From: Polyangiales bacterium | Lineage (GTDB): Bacteria > Myxococcota_A > Polyangia > Polyangiales > JADJQN01 | Direction: 5' to 3' | DNA: 64,000 nucleotides | Assembly (NCBI GenBank): GCA_964202905.1 | Contig: CAXNJO010000003.1 | Span: 416,001-480,000, forward strand | Part shown: one piece after another, positions 10,390-20,159 of the stretch | How the letters are laid out: every line of letters begins with the position of its first letter | How positions within the stretch are numbered: position 1 is the stretch's first letter | The notes under the pieces: model-generated | The model's database searches: none | Told to the model about the DNA's origin: nothing | What the model saw: only the letters and a program-made list of their open reading frames with translations | Translations under genes and position numbers: made by a program

Positions 10390-13101
10390 GTGACGGGCGC
10401 GACGGATACGGCGGAGGCGGCGCTCGCGCGGGCGGCGGAGCTCTTCACGCTCGGGCGGCTCGACGAGGCCGTCGAGGCGTGCCGGCAAGGCCTCGCGATC
10501 GCACCAACGCGGAGCGCGCTCCACAACAACCTCGCGCTCGCGCTGCGGCGGCTCGGGCGGACGACGGCGGCGATCGAGGCCCTCGAGGCGGCGCTCGCGC
10601 ACGACGCGCGGAACGTCGAGGCGATGAGCAACCTCGCCGACACGCTGCGCGGCGTCGGGCGCATGGACGAGGCGCTCGCGCTCTACCGTCGCGCGCTCGC
10701 GCTCGCGCCCGGTCACGCGGACGTCCGCGCGAACTTCCTGATGACCCTGCAATACGCGACCGACGTCGCGCCGCACGGGGTCACCGACGCGCACCGTCGC
10801 TGGGGCGCGCTCGTCGCGGACGTGCCGCGCTTCGAGCACGCGGATCACCCGCGCGGCGAGACGCGGCGCCTGCGGGTCGGCTACCTCTCGCCCGACTTCC
10901 GCGCGCACTCGGTCGCGTGGTTCCTCGACCCGATCGTCGCCTCCCACGACGCGCGCGAGGTCGAGGTGTTCGGTTATGCGGACGTCGCGCGGCCCGACGC
11001 GACGACCGCGCGCTTCGCGGCGCAGGTGCACGTCTGGCGGCCCGTGCACGGCCTCGACGACGCGGCCGTCGCGGCGCTGATCGCGCGCGATCGCATCGAC
11101 GTGCTCGTCGAGCTCGCGGGGCACACGGAGCGCTCGCGGCTCGGCGTGATGGCGCGTCGCCCGGCGCCCGTGCAGGTCACGTACCTCGGCTATCCGTGCA
11201 CGACGGGGCTCGCGGCGATCGACTATCGGATCGTCGACGCGCACACCGATCCGCCGGGCAGCGAGGCGCTGAGCACCGAGACGCTGGTGCGCCCGGCGCC
11301 CGCATTTCTCGTGTATGCGCCGCCCTACGACGCGCCCGGGGTCACGCCGCTGCCCGCGCTCCGGGCGGGGTACGTCACGTTCGGCTCGTTCAACGCGACG
11401 TCGAAGCTCAACGACGACGTGCTCGCGACGTGGGCCGCGCTGCTCGCGCGGGTGCCCGACGCGCGCCTGCTGCTGAAGGGGCTGCCCTTCGCGGATGCGG
11501 CGGTGTGCGCGCGCTTTCGCAACTCATTTGCAACAAGGGGCGTCGCGCCGGAGCGCGTGCTGCTGCGGCCGTTCGCGCAGGGGCGCGAGGCGCACCTCGC
11601 GACGTACGGCGAGGTCGACGTCGCGCTCGACACCTTCCCCTACAACGGGACGACGACGACGTGCGAGGCGCTCTGGATGGGCGTGCCCGTCGTCACGCTC
11701 GCGGGAGACGCGCACGCGGGGCGCGTGGGGGTGAGCCTGCTCTCGCGGCTCGGTCGCCCGGCGTGGATCGCCGGCACGCGCGAGGCCTACGTGGAGACCG
11801 CCGTCGCGCTGGCGAGCGATCTCGCGCGGCTCGCCGACGAGCGCGCGACGCTGCGCGACGCGGTGCGCGCGAGCGGGCTCACGGACGGGCCCGCCTTCAC
11901 ACGCGCGCTCGAGCGCTTCTACCGCGAGGCGTGGCGCGGCTTCTGTCGCGGCGAGTCGCCCGCGACGGTCGCCGCGCGGCTCGACGGCGACACGCACGCC
12001 CCCGCATCGGCGCTCGCGCCGGCGGGCTCCCCGACGATCGCCGAGCGCGCGCTGCTCGCGGAGACGCTCGGCGGGATGCGGCGGCGGCGCGCCGCGGCCG
12101 GTCACGCGCGGCGCGCGTGGGAGGCGCTGCGGCGCGGCGAGTCCGCGGCGGACGTCCCGCAGGAGCTGCTCCTCGCGCGGGAAGCGCCGAGCGTCGAGGG
12201 GCTGCTCATCCGGCAATGCCTCGCGTTCTCGGGCGACTCGATGTTCTTCGAGCGCGAGACGCCGCGCGAGCTGCTGCTGCGCTGGGCGGAGCTCGAGCCA
12301 GGCTGCGCCGAGGCGTACTTCCGCTTCGGGCTCTTCTTCGCGCTCGAGGCGCGCACCGCGGGCAGGCCCGCGCCGCAGGCCGCGCTCGCCGCGCTCGAGG
12401 GCGCGCGCGCGCTCGCACCCGGCCCCCGCGTCACCGCCGCGATCGCGCTCGCGACGCGCGACGCGCCGCAGGTCTCGCTGCCTTGTCGGGGTGGCGTGCT
12501 CGCGGTGCCGGGCACGCTCACCCACGCGGCGACGTTCACGCTGCTCGAGCACGGGGACTGGTACGACCCGGACCTCGCCGTGCTCTGCGCGCTGCTCGAC
12601 GAAGACGACCGCGTGCTCGATCTCGCCGCGGGCGTGGGCGCCGTCGCGGTCGCGGTCGCGGGCTGTCTCGGCCCCGAAGGCGCCGTGCACGCGGTCGCCG
12701 AGCCCGCCGACGAGGCCGCGCTCCTCGCCGCCAACGCCGCGCACGCCCCGCGGCTGCGCGTCGTGCCCGCAGGCGCCCCGCTCGCCCCGCTCCTCGCTGG
12801 GGCGAGCGTCGTGCGGCTCGCGCCGCGCGGCGACGCGGAGGCCCTCGCGCACGCGCTGCCGGGCAGCCCCGCGACGCTCTTCGCCGTGCCGCTCGGCCCC
12901 GACGCGGCGCCCGCAGCGGCCCTCGGCGTGCTCGCGCGCGCAGGGCTCGCGGCGTTCACCTACGACCCCGGCCGCCACGCCTTCGTGCCGTACCAGCCCG
13001 GCGCGATCGACGGCCACGGGCTCGTCTTTTGCGCGCGCCCCGCCGGCCTCGAGCGCCTCCGCCGCGTCGCCCCGGTGCGCGGCGCGCTGCAGGCGCCTTG
13101 A
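10390..13101 (+). CDS. TPR + SPINDLY/OGT-like GT41 glycosyltransferase with C-terminal SAM-methyltransferase-like (FkbM-like) domain
   Basis: TPRs, then RLRVGYLSPDFRAHSV, IDVLVELAGHT, APVQVTYLGYP, FGSFN..SK and LDTFPYNGTTTTCEALWMGVP. The C-terminus reads LLEHGDWYDPD...VLDLAAGVG. Confidence 0.85.
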   Translation: MTGATDTAEAALARAAELFTLGRLDEAVEACRQGLAIAPTRSALHNNLALALRRLGRTTAAIEALEAALAHDARNVEAMSNLADTLRGVGRMDEALALYRRALALAPGHADVRANFLMTLQYATDVAPHGVTDAHRRWGALVADVPRFEHADHPRGETRRLRVGYLSPDFRAHSVAWFLDPIVASHDAREVEVFGYADVARPDATTARFAAQVHVWRPVHGLDDAAVAALIARDRIDVLVELAGHTERSRLGVMARRPAPVQVTYLGYPCTTGLAAIDYRIVDAHTDPPGSEALSTETLVRPAPAFLVYAPPYDAPGVTPLPALRAGYVTFGSFNATSKLNDDVLATWAALLARVPDARLLLKGLPFADAAVCARFRNSFATRGVAPERVLLRPFAQGREAHLATYGEVDVALDTFPYNGTTTTCEALWMGVPVVTLAGDAHAGRVGVSLLSRLGRPAWIAGTREAYVETAVALASDLARLADERATLRDAVRASGLTDGPAFTRALERFYREAWRGFCRGESPATVAARLDGDTHAPASALAPAGSPTIAERALLAETLGGMRRRRAAAGHARRAWEALRRGESAADVPQELLLAREAPSVEGLLIRQCLAFSGDSMFFERETPRELLLRWAELEPGCAEAYFRFGLFFALEARTAGRPAPQAALAALEGARALAPGPRVTAAIALATRDAPQVSLPCRGGVLAVPGTLTHAATFTLLEHGDWYDPDLAVLCALLDEDDRVLDLAAGVGAVAVAVAGCLGPEGAVHAVAEPADEAALLAANAAHAPRLRVVPAGAPLAPLLAGASVVRLAPRGDAEALAHALPGSPATLFAVPLGPDAAPAAALGVLARAGLAAFTYDPGRHAFVPYQPGAIDGHGLVFCARPAGLERLRRVAPVRGALQAP

Positions 13102-13188
13102 ACATGCCGCGCAGCCGGGCGGCCACACGCCCTGCCCGCGCCGGTGCCGCCCGACGCCCGCTCGCGGGACGGCGCGCGACGCGCGTTC

Positions 13189-13521
13189 TCAGCGCGGGTC
13201 CATCCCGGCGTATCGGCCCGTGTACATCCCGTCCCGCATGACGCCGTGGTGCACGAGCGCCCTCACCAGCGCCGCGAAATCGGTCAGCTCTTCGTGGAGG
13301 AGACACTCACCGGACGCCGTCACCAACACCGCTTCCGCGAGGACGCCGCGGGGACGAAACGTGCGCACGTTCTGGACGGCGCTCCACGGGACGGGATGCT
13401 CGGGTGACGGGACGGTTCGCCGCGGTGACCGCGCTGGGGTGGGTGAAGCGTGCGGGCCTGAAGGCGGCGGAGCGATCCGCGCTTCCGGGTCGCGGTCGCC
13501 CCCACGGGCCTGACCCGCCAC
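13189..13521 (-). CDS. Possible small hypothetical protein
   Basis: The C-terminal half looks protein-like (VPWSAVQNVRTFRPRGVLAEAVLVT...). Start uncertain. Confidence 0.3.
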   Translation of the reverse strand: MAGQARGGDRDPEARIAPPPSGPHASPTPARSPRRTVPSPEHPVPWSAVQNVRTFRPRGVLAEAVLVTASGECLLHEELTDFAALVRALVHHGVMRDGMYTGRYAGMDPR

Positions 13522-13539
13522 GCCACGCGCGCCTCCGGC

Positions 13540-14301
13540 TTATCCCCCGACGATGTGTCGGGAGTAAGTGTTCTGCAGCTCGTCCTGCACGACGGTCGCC
13601 TCGCCCGGCGTGCTCACCACGAGCGGTGACGCGAGCGTGCGCACCCGGTACTGCCAACCGGCCGGGAGCATGAGGCGGGCGCCGAGGCCGGGCAGGTCGC
13701 TCTCGGTCAGGCTCGCGTCGACGATCTGCGCGTAGGACTGCATCACGTAGACCGAGCCGTTCGGCGCGACGAGCTCGTAGATCTCCGCGCCGGCGCGATA
13801 CTCGAACTCCGAGTCGCGGCGGACCGTGCGCTCGACGTACGGCATCGCCGACATCGTCCCCGGCGCGAGCATGAGCGTCGCGAGCTGTCGCATCTCGAGC
13901 ATGCCGAAGAGGCGTGGCGAGCCCGGTGGGAGTTCGGCCGCGGCACGGTCGGTGAGCCAGCGCCGCGGGCCGTTCAGCACCACGGCCGTCGCCCCGAACT
14001 CGGTGCGGATGACCATCGGATCGACCGACGCCCACGCCGCCTCGGGGCAGTCGTTCAGACCTTGCGTGCCCCAGACCTGGGCCTCGATCGCACCGGCTTC
14101 GAAGAAGGCGAGGAGCACTTCGCAGTAGCGGTTGCCGCGCAGGCTCTCGGAGGTCGCGGCGTCCGCGGCGACCGCGGCGTCCGCGCTGACCGCGGCATCG
14201 GGGCTCGCCTCGGCGGTGCTCCCGCACCCGGCGCCGAACGTTGAAAGCCCGATGATCAAGGGGGCTGCACACAGGCGAGAGACGGCGCGGGCGATGGGCA
14301 T
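13540..14301 (-). CDS. Conserved hypothetical lipoprotein
   Basis: ATG at 14301 and lipobox FGAGC. Motifs RGNRYCEVL, GLNDCP, NGPRRWL.D, YVMQSY and LPAGW. Divergent from the TetR gene. Confidence 0.7.
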   Translation of the reverse strand: MPIARAVSRLCAAPLIIGLSTFGAGCGSTAEASPDAAVSADAAVAADAATSESLRGNRYCEVLLAFFEAGAIEAQVWGTQGLNDCPEAAWASVDPMVIRTEFGATAVVLNGPRRWLTDRAAAELPPGSPRLFGMLEMRQLATLMLAPGTMSAMPYVERTVRRDSEFEYRAGAEIYELVAPNGSVYVMQSYAQIVDASLTESDLPGLGARLMLPAGWQYRVRTLASPLVVSTPGEATVVQDELQNTYSRHIVGG

Positions 14302-14369
14302 CGAGAGTCCTTCGTGGAGACGTCGGGGACACTCGCCCGACCGGCCGAATCTCGCTGGCGTGTTCGTCC

Positions 14370-14383
14370 ATGTCAACCGACAT
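14370..14383. promoter_or_regulatory. Inverted repeat ATGTC-AACC-GACAT, candidate TetR operator
   Basis: AT-rich palindrome in the gap between the divergent lipoprotein and TetR genes. Confidence 0.45.
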
Positions 14384-14430
14384 ATTCAACATCGCCTGCC
14401 GCCGGCGGGTGCTAGGACTCGCCGCACGCC

Positions 14431-15093
14431 GTGCCGAAGCCCCCCGCCACTCCGCGCCGCCGAGCGCGCCGCGCTGGCCGTCCCTCCGCCGACGAGGGGC
14501 CGGCCGCGAGCCGGGCGTCGCTGCTCGCGATCGCGGCCCGACAGATCGGGGTGCATGGCTTTGCCCGCACGACGTTTCGAGGCATCGCCGCGGAAGCGGG
14601 CGTCTCGTACGGCAGCGTGCAGCACCACTTCCCCACCAAGGCGCGGCTGTGGAGCGCGCTCGTCGAGGAGGTGCTCCTGCCGGCGCATCGGGCGTCGCAT
14701 GCGGTCTCGGGCGAGCCCGACATCCGCCGCGTGCTGACGGAGAAAGTCCGCGCGCGCGTCGAGGCGGCGGTGCTGCGGCCCGGCCTCTCGGCGGCGATCC
14801 TGATGGACACTTCGGCGGGCGCGGAGGCCCGACTCGTCGAGCTCGCGTCCGCGCTTCACGCGGACCGCGTGGCCGAGCGCGAGATGCTCCGCACCTTGAT
14901 CGCGGCGGGCAAGCTGCGCGCGGTGGACGAGGTCGCCGTCATGGCGGTCTTCGGCGTGGCGCTGACCACGCTGTCGTCCGCGAAGCCCGCGATGGCCGCC
15001 CTGCTCGGGCTGGACATGGACGACGCGGCGGCGCGTGAGCACCTCGCCGGAGGGATCGCGGATCTCCTGCTCCACGGGCTCCTGCCGCGCTGA
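14431..15093 (+). CDS. TetR/AcrR-family transcriptional regulator
   Basis: HTH GFARTTFRGIAAEAGVSYGSVQHHFPTKARLW. Confidence 0.9.
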   Translation: MPKPPATPRRRARRAGRPSADEGPAASRASLLAIAARQIGVHGFARTTFRGIAAEAGVSYGSVQHHFPTKARLWSALVEEVLLPAHRASHAVSGEPDIRRVLTEKVRARVEAAVLRPGLSAAILMDTSAGAEARLVELASALHADRVAEREMLRTLIAAGKLRAVDEVAVMAVFGVALTTLSSAKPAMAALLGLDMDDAAAREHLAGGIADLLLHGLLPR

Positions 15094-15132
15094 CGGCGCC
15101 ACGGCCTCGGCGCGCCCGCGGCACGCCGCTGC

Positions 15133-15181
15133 GGTGACCATTTGCGTCACCCCACAAAAAACGGTGACGAAATTCGTCACC
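15133..15181. promoter_or_regulatory. Two tandem palindromes GGTGAC-N7-GTCACC, candidate bEBP (PilR-type) upstream activator sequences
   Basis: 15133-15151 GGTGACCATTTGCGTCACC and 15163-15181 GGTGACGAAATTCGTCACC, exactly 30 bp apart, about 120-165 bp upstream of a sigma54 box. Confidence 0.7.
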
Positions 15182-15297
15182 CCCGCTGCGCTGCCCGCCC
15201 GCCCATCCCCCGCGACGCCGGGCGGATCACCCGCGAAACACCGCGCGTCAGCCCGCGGCCGGCACGCCATGAAATCTGGACGCCGGCGCGCGGTCGA

Positions 15298-15313
15298 TGG
15301 CACAAGACGTGCT
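15298..15313 (+). promoter_or_regulatory. Sigma54 (-24/-12) promoter of the pilin gene
   Basis: TGGCACAAGACGTGCT has GG-N10-GC spacing. SD AGGAG at 15351-15355. Confidence 0.75.
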
Positions 15314-15364
15314 GCGGGGAGCCCGCGTAGCAGCGCAGACCGTCGGCACAAGGAGCGCAATCTC

Positions 15365-15922
15365 ATGATGACCAAGCTGATCCAGAAGAAGAAGGCGGGC
15401 TTCACGCTCATCGAGCTCATGATCGTCGTTGCCATCATCGGCATCCTCGCCGCGATCGCGATCCCGGCCTTCATCGGCTACGTCAAGCGCGCGAAAACCT
15501 CCGAGGCGACCGGCAACCTCAACTCGATCTTCAAGTCCGCCACCAGCTACTACAACGTCGAGCGCACGGGTCAGGGCATCACCGCCAGCACCCAGAACGC
15601 CTGCACGGTCGCCACCGCGGCGCTGAAGCCCGCGACGCCCGGCGCCGCGAAGCAGCAGTACAACTTCGCGACCGCGACGGACCCCCAGTTCAACGCGATC
15701 GGCTTCTCGGTGTCGGATTACATCTACTACGGCTACGGCATCACCAGCGCCGGTGGCGCGTGCGCGAACACCGCGAGCGACACGACGATCTACACCATCT
15801 ACGCGCAGGGCAACCTCGACGGCGACGCCGTGAACTCGACCTTCGAGCTCTCGGTCGGCACGGACGCGAACAACGAGCTGTTCCACGCCCGCGGCTACTA
15901 CATCGTCAACGAGATCGAGTGA
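15365..15922 (+). CDS. pilA: Type IVa major pilin
   Basis: Prepilin site KKKAG|FTLIELMIVVAIIGILAAIAIP, strong SD, 185 aa, two Cys. Confidence 0.9.
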   Translation: MMTKLIQKKKAGFTLIELMIVVAIIGILAAIAIPAFIGYVKRAKTSEATGNLNSIFKSATSYYNVERTGQGITASTQNACTVATAALKPATPGAAKQQYNFATATDPQFNAIGFSVSDYIYYGYGITSAGGACANTASDTTIYTIYAQGNLDGDAVNSTFELSVGTDANNELFHARGYYIVNEIE

Positions 15923-15929
15923 GCCTTTC

Positions 15930-15970
15930 GCCTCGGCCTCATCGCCTCCGTGCGCGATGAGGCACGGGGC
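15930..15970 (+). terminator. Hairpin after pilA (terminator or mRNA stabiliser)
   Basis: 10-bp stem GCCTCATCGC/GCGATGAGGC with an 8-nt loop, extendable by GCCTCG/CGGGGC. Weak U-tract. Confidence 0.45.
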
Positions 15971-16002
15971 CCGTTGGTGGTTGAGCAGTGTAGTCTCGGC
16001 GG

Positions 16003-18437
16003 ATGTCCTTCCGCTTCGCGCGCCGGCCCGACGCCCTCTTGTCCTCGATCCGCAGCGCGCTCTGCGCCGGCTTGGTCGTCCTCGCGCTCGGCGCGATGGG
16101 CTGTGACTGCGGCGGTGGCGCGGCGCCGATCGGCGGCACGTGCGTGACGAGGGCGGATTGTGGCGACGGGATCTGCCGCGATGGCCTGTGCGTCGCGCTC
16201 GGCGATCTCGGCGTCGGCCCCGACGAGGAGCCTCCGCGACCTCGGCGGCGCGGACTGCGATTCCGACATCGTTGTGCGAGGGCGTGTGCTGCGGCGCAGG
16301 CCAGCGCTGCGCATACCGGATGTGCGTCGTCGACCTCGGCCCGTGCGCGACGAACGACGACTGCGCCGGGGACAGCTACTGCGACGCGGGGCGTTGCACG
16401 CCCTACGGCACGCCGCCGGGCGTGGTGCGGGACGAGACCTGCGAGCGGACCATCGCGGTCGGCGACTTCGTGCCCGATGAACAGTGTCGCTGGGCCGGTG
16501 CGCCTGCGGGCGGTGTGCGCCCGGACCTCAGCGCCGTCTACAGCGCGCCGATGGTCGCGGACTTCAACCTCGACGACGACCCGGCCGTCCTCACGCCGTC
16601 GATCGTCATCACGACCTACGGGACCCCCACGAGCGCTGGCGGCATCCTGCGCCTGCTCGATGGACGCGACTGCGAAGAGCAGCTGTCGGCGCCGAGCGAG
16701 ACGCTCGTTTATGCGTCGAACAACGCGATCGGCGACATCGACGGCGCGGCCGACGGACGCCCGGAGATCGTCGCGGTCTCGCTCGCCGCCGCGTCGATCG
16801 CCGGCGGGCTGGTCGCGTTCGGGATCGAGCCGACGACGCGCACCTTGCGTCGCCTCTGGTACGGGCGCGACTGCAGCCGTCCCGGCGAGCCGCGCCACAT
16901 GCCGAACGAGTCCACGAACAACAACGGCCCTTCGATCCACGATCTCGACGACGACGGGGTGCCGGAGATCCTGTTCGACCAATTCGTCTACGACGCGCGC
17001 GGCTGCCTGCTGAATCCGGGGCGTACGTACACGAACTACCTGCGCCTCGGGCTCTTCCCCGTCGTCGCGGACGTCGATCTCGACGGGCTCCCGGAGCTGG
17101 TGACGCCGAGCGGCGTCTACGCGTGGGACGTGGCGATGCGCGACTGGGTCCTCGAGACGTATTGGGCCCCACCCGCGGGCGAGGCGGCCGAGGCGGCCCT
17201 CGTCGGTCACGTCGCCGTCGCGGATCTCGGCGAGTTCCCCGGCGCCGTCGGGGATGCCCCCGGGCGCGCGGAGATCGTGGTCGCGTCGGCGCCGAGCGCG
17301 AGCGCGTCGGCGACCGCGACCGGGCGCGTGCGCGTGATGACCATCGGGGGCGACATCGTGTTCGGCCCCTTCGATCTGCCGGCCGAAGGCGGCGGCGTCG
17401 CGGGGCGCGGCGGGGCACCGACCGTCGGCGACTTCGACGGAGACGGGCGGCGCGAGTTCGCCGTCGCCGGCGGCAGCCGTTACACGGTGTTCGACCTCGA
17501 CTGCGACGTCGCGGACGCCACCGCCGCAGGCTGCGCGCGCGTTTCGGCGCTGCCGCGCGGTGTGCTGTGGAGTCGCCCCTCGCAGGACCTCAGCTCGAAC
17601 GTGACCGGCTCGTCGGTGTTCGATTTCGACGCCGATGGCGTCGCCGAGGTCGTCTACGGCGACGAGTGCTTCGTCCGCATCTACCGCGGCACCGATGGTG
17701 AGGTGTTGTTCTCGCGCTCCGCGTCGAGCGGCACGGGCTACGAATATCCCGTCATCGCGGACGTCGACGGCGACTACAACAGCGAGATCGTCGTCGCCAT
17801 GACGAGCGGCGTGAGTTGTCCGGCGACCGATCCGATCTACACGCGCGGTGTGGCGACGTTCGCCAACGCGACCGGCATCGTCGTCTACCGCGACGCGATG
17901 GACAGCTGGGCGGCGTCGCGACCGATCTGGAACCAGCACGCCTATTCGGTCAGCAACGTGAACGACGACGGCTCGATCCCGCGCACCAGCGCGTGGATGC
18001 GCAACTTCTCCGACCCCACGCTCAACAACTTTCGCATGAACGCGCAGGGCAGCCTCGAGCGGCGCGGCGCCGCGGATCTCACCGTCGCGCTCGCGCGGGC
18101 CGCCGACCTCTGCGACGTCGCGACGGGCGAGGTCTCGCTCGCCGCCAACGTGTGCAACCGCGGCACGAACCCCGTGCCGGATGGGGCGCGCGTCGTGTTC
18201 TACGCGGGCGACCCCGACGCCGGTGCGCCCGTCGCCTGCGAGACGACGCTGCCGCGCCTGCTCGCGCCCGCGGCGTGCACGGAAGTGACCTGCACCTGGG
18301 CGGTCCCCGCGGGCACGCCCGGCCTGACCGCGCGGAACGTCACCGTGATCGTCGACCCGGATGGCGAGGTGTTCGAGTGCCGCGATGGCAACAACCGCGG
18401 CGTGATTCCGGACATCTACTGCGGTGGTCTGCTCTGA
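16003..18437 (+). CDS. Cys-rich FG-GAP/VCBS-repeat lipoprotein with C-terminal CARDB-like domain (frameshifts near 16232 and 16273)
   Basis: Lipobox AMGC. Repeats DIDG..DGRPEIV, DLDDDGVPEI, DFDGDGRREF, DFDADGVAEVVY and DVDGDYNSEIV; WNQHAY; CNRG..PVP..VIVDP..ECRDGNN. Confidence 0.8.
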
Positions 18438-18637
18438 TCGCGCATACCGGCTGCCATCTCGCGGTCGCCGGTCGGGCGCGGCGCACGGCGGGAACGCGGC
18501 GCGCGACGGCGTGTCGACGGTGCGCGCCTGGCCGACGCGGGCTCGCGTCGAGCGCCGCGTCGCTGCTGGGGCGCCCGGACGCGTCGCGCTCGTGCCCCTT
18601 GCCGCGGGCCCGTCGATCGGCGGATCCTACCGGCTGA

Positions 18638-20065
18638 ATGCGCGCCTCCCTCCCCGCGGCCCTCGTGGCCCTCGCGCTCGCCGGCTGCTCCCTCACGCGC
18701 CCCGACGTCGACGATTGCCGCTCCACCGCGGAGTGCCGCGCCGCGTTCGGCTTCGGTTTCGTCTGCGGCGGTGACGGACTCTGCGCGGGGGCCCCCGCGG
18801 AGCCGCGCTGCGCGGCGACCTGGCCCGTCAATCTGTTCGCGAACCCCGCGGAGGGCGGGAGGCTCGTGATCGCGACGGTCGTCGACACCTCGCTCGAGAC
18901 GCACGTCGCGCGCGCGAACGCGGTGCAGCTCGCGGTGCAGGACGCGAGCGCGGACAGCGCGGGCGTCGAGGGCGGGATCGACGGCCGCAAGTTCGGGCTC
19001 GTGACGTGCACGATCGCCGAGGACACGACGCTCGACACGCTCAGCCGCGCCGAAGCGACCTTGCGGGTGACGCGCTACATCGAGGGCGCGCTCGACGTGC
19101 CGGTCGTCGTCGGGCCGCCCGGCTCCGGCGAGGCGAGCGCCGCCTTCGAGGCCACCACGCGCACGCTCTTCATCTCACCGTCCGCGACGAGCCCGGCGCT
19201 CACCGCGCTCGAGCCGGTCCCCGCGAGCGACGCAGCGCCCGGGCGCCTCTGGCGCACCGCGCCGACGGACGTCGAGCAGGCGGACCGCATCGCGTCCGAT
19301 CTCTCGAGCCGGGGCGTGCGCGACGTCGCGCTCCTCGCGCAGCAAGGCACGTACGGGGACGGACTCGTCGCGCTGCTCACCGAGCGGATCGCGGGCTTGC
19401 AGATCGAGCGCTTCGAGACGCAGGGGCAGCTGAGCGCGGCGGTCGGGGTGATCGCGGACGGCGGCGCGAGCGAGGTGATCTTCGCCTCCTCGGCGACGGC
19501 GGACGCGGTCAGCTTCCTCACGGCGGCCGCCGCCGACGCGGCCTTCACCGGGCGACGCTTCTTCCTCACGGACGCCGCGGCCAACGAAGACCTGCTCGCG
19601 GGGCTCCCGATGGACGCGGGCTTCCGCGGTCGCGTGCGCGGCACGCGCGCCGCGCTCGACCCGGTGCGCGCCGCGTCGTTCGCGGCCCGTTACCGCGTGG
19701 CCTACGGCGCGAGCGACGTCGACGCGCTCAGCTTCACCGCGCATGCCTACGACGCGGGCTGGCTCGCGCTCTACGCGCTCGGTTGGGCCACGCTGCAGGA
19801 GGACCGCGTCGACGCCGTGGCGCTCGGCCGCGGCTTGCGCCAGCTGAGCAGCGGCGTCGCCGTGGACGTCGGCGAGCTCTCGTGGCCCGTCGTGCTCGAC
19901 GCCTTCCGCGCGGGGCGCAGCGTCGATCTCCGCGGCGCGAGCGGCGCGCTCGACTACGACCCGGACACCGAAGAGCGCAGCGAGGACGGGCAGAGCTTCG
20001 AGGTCTGGCGCGTGAGCAGCGACGGCACCGCCTTCTGCCGCGTCGGCGACATGGGTTGCAGCTGA
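18638..20065 (+). CDS. Periplasmic-binding-protein type 1 (branched-chain amino acid SBP-like) lipoprotein
   Basis: Lipobox LAGC; motifs VVGPPGS, ISPSATSPALT, LWRTAPTD, YGDGL, AHAYDA and GASGALDYD. Confidence 0.8.
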   Translation: MRASLPAALVALALAGCSLTRPDVDDCRSTAECRAAFGFGFVCGGDGLCAGAPAEPRCAATWPVNLFANPAEGGRLVIATVVDTSLETHVARANAVQLAVQDASADSAGVEGGIDGRKFGLVTCTIAEDTTLDTLSRAEATLRVTRYIEGALDVPVVVGPPGSGEASAAFEATTRTLFISPSATSPALTALEPVPASDAAPGRLWRTAPTDVEQADRIASDLSSRGVRDVALLAQQGTYGDGLVALLTERIAGLQIERFETQGQLSAAVGVIADGGASEVIFASSATADAVSFLTAAAADAAFTGRRFFLTDAAANEDLLAGLPMDAGFRGRVRGTRAALDPVRAASFAARYRVAYGASDVDALSFTAHAYDAGWLALYALGWATLQEDRVDAVALGRGLRQLSSGVAVDVGELSWPVVLDAFRAGRSVDLRGASGALDYDPDTEERSEDGQSFEVWRVSSDGTAFCRVGDMGCS

Positions 20066-20159
20066 CGCGTCGTCGCTGACGCGTTGCAGCGGACGCGTCG
20101 CACCGGACGCGCTGCTGCGCACGCGCAGCCAATGACACGCTGAGGATGACGCGCCCGGG
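20062..20159. repeat. 7 x 14-bp degenerate tandem array (core GACGCG)
   Basis: The core recurs at 20064, 20078, 20092, 20106, 20120, 20134 and 20148, an exact 14-bp period. Confidence 0.75.

Noticed and set aside
15133..15181. Invertase or recombination sites for pilin phase variation
   Set aside because: No recombinase or silent pilin cassettes are present. Position and spacing fit sigma54 enhancer sites better.
20062..20159. Mini-CRISPR interpretation of the 14-bp array
   Set aside because: The unit is far too short (9-nt core plus 5-nt variable part) and there are no cas genes.
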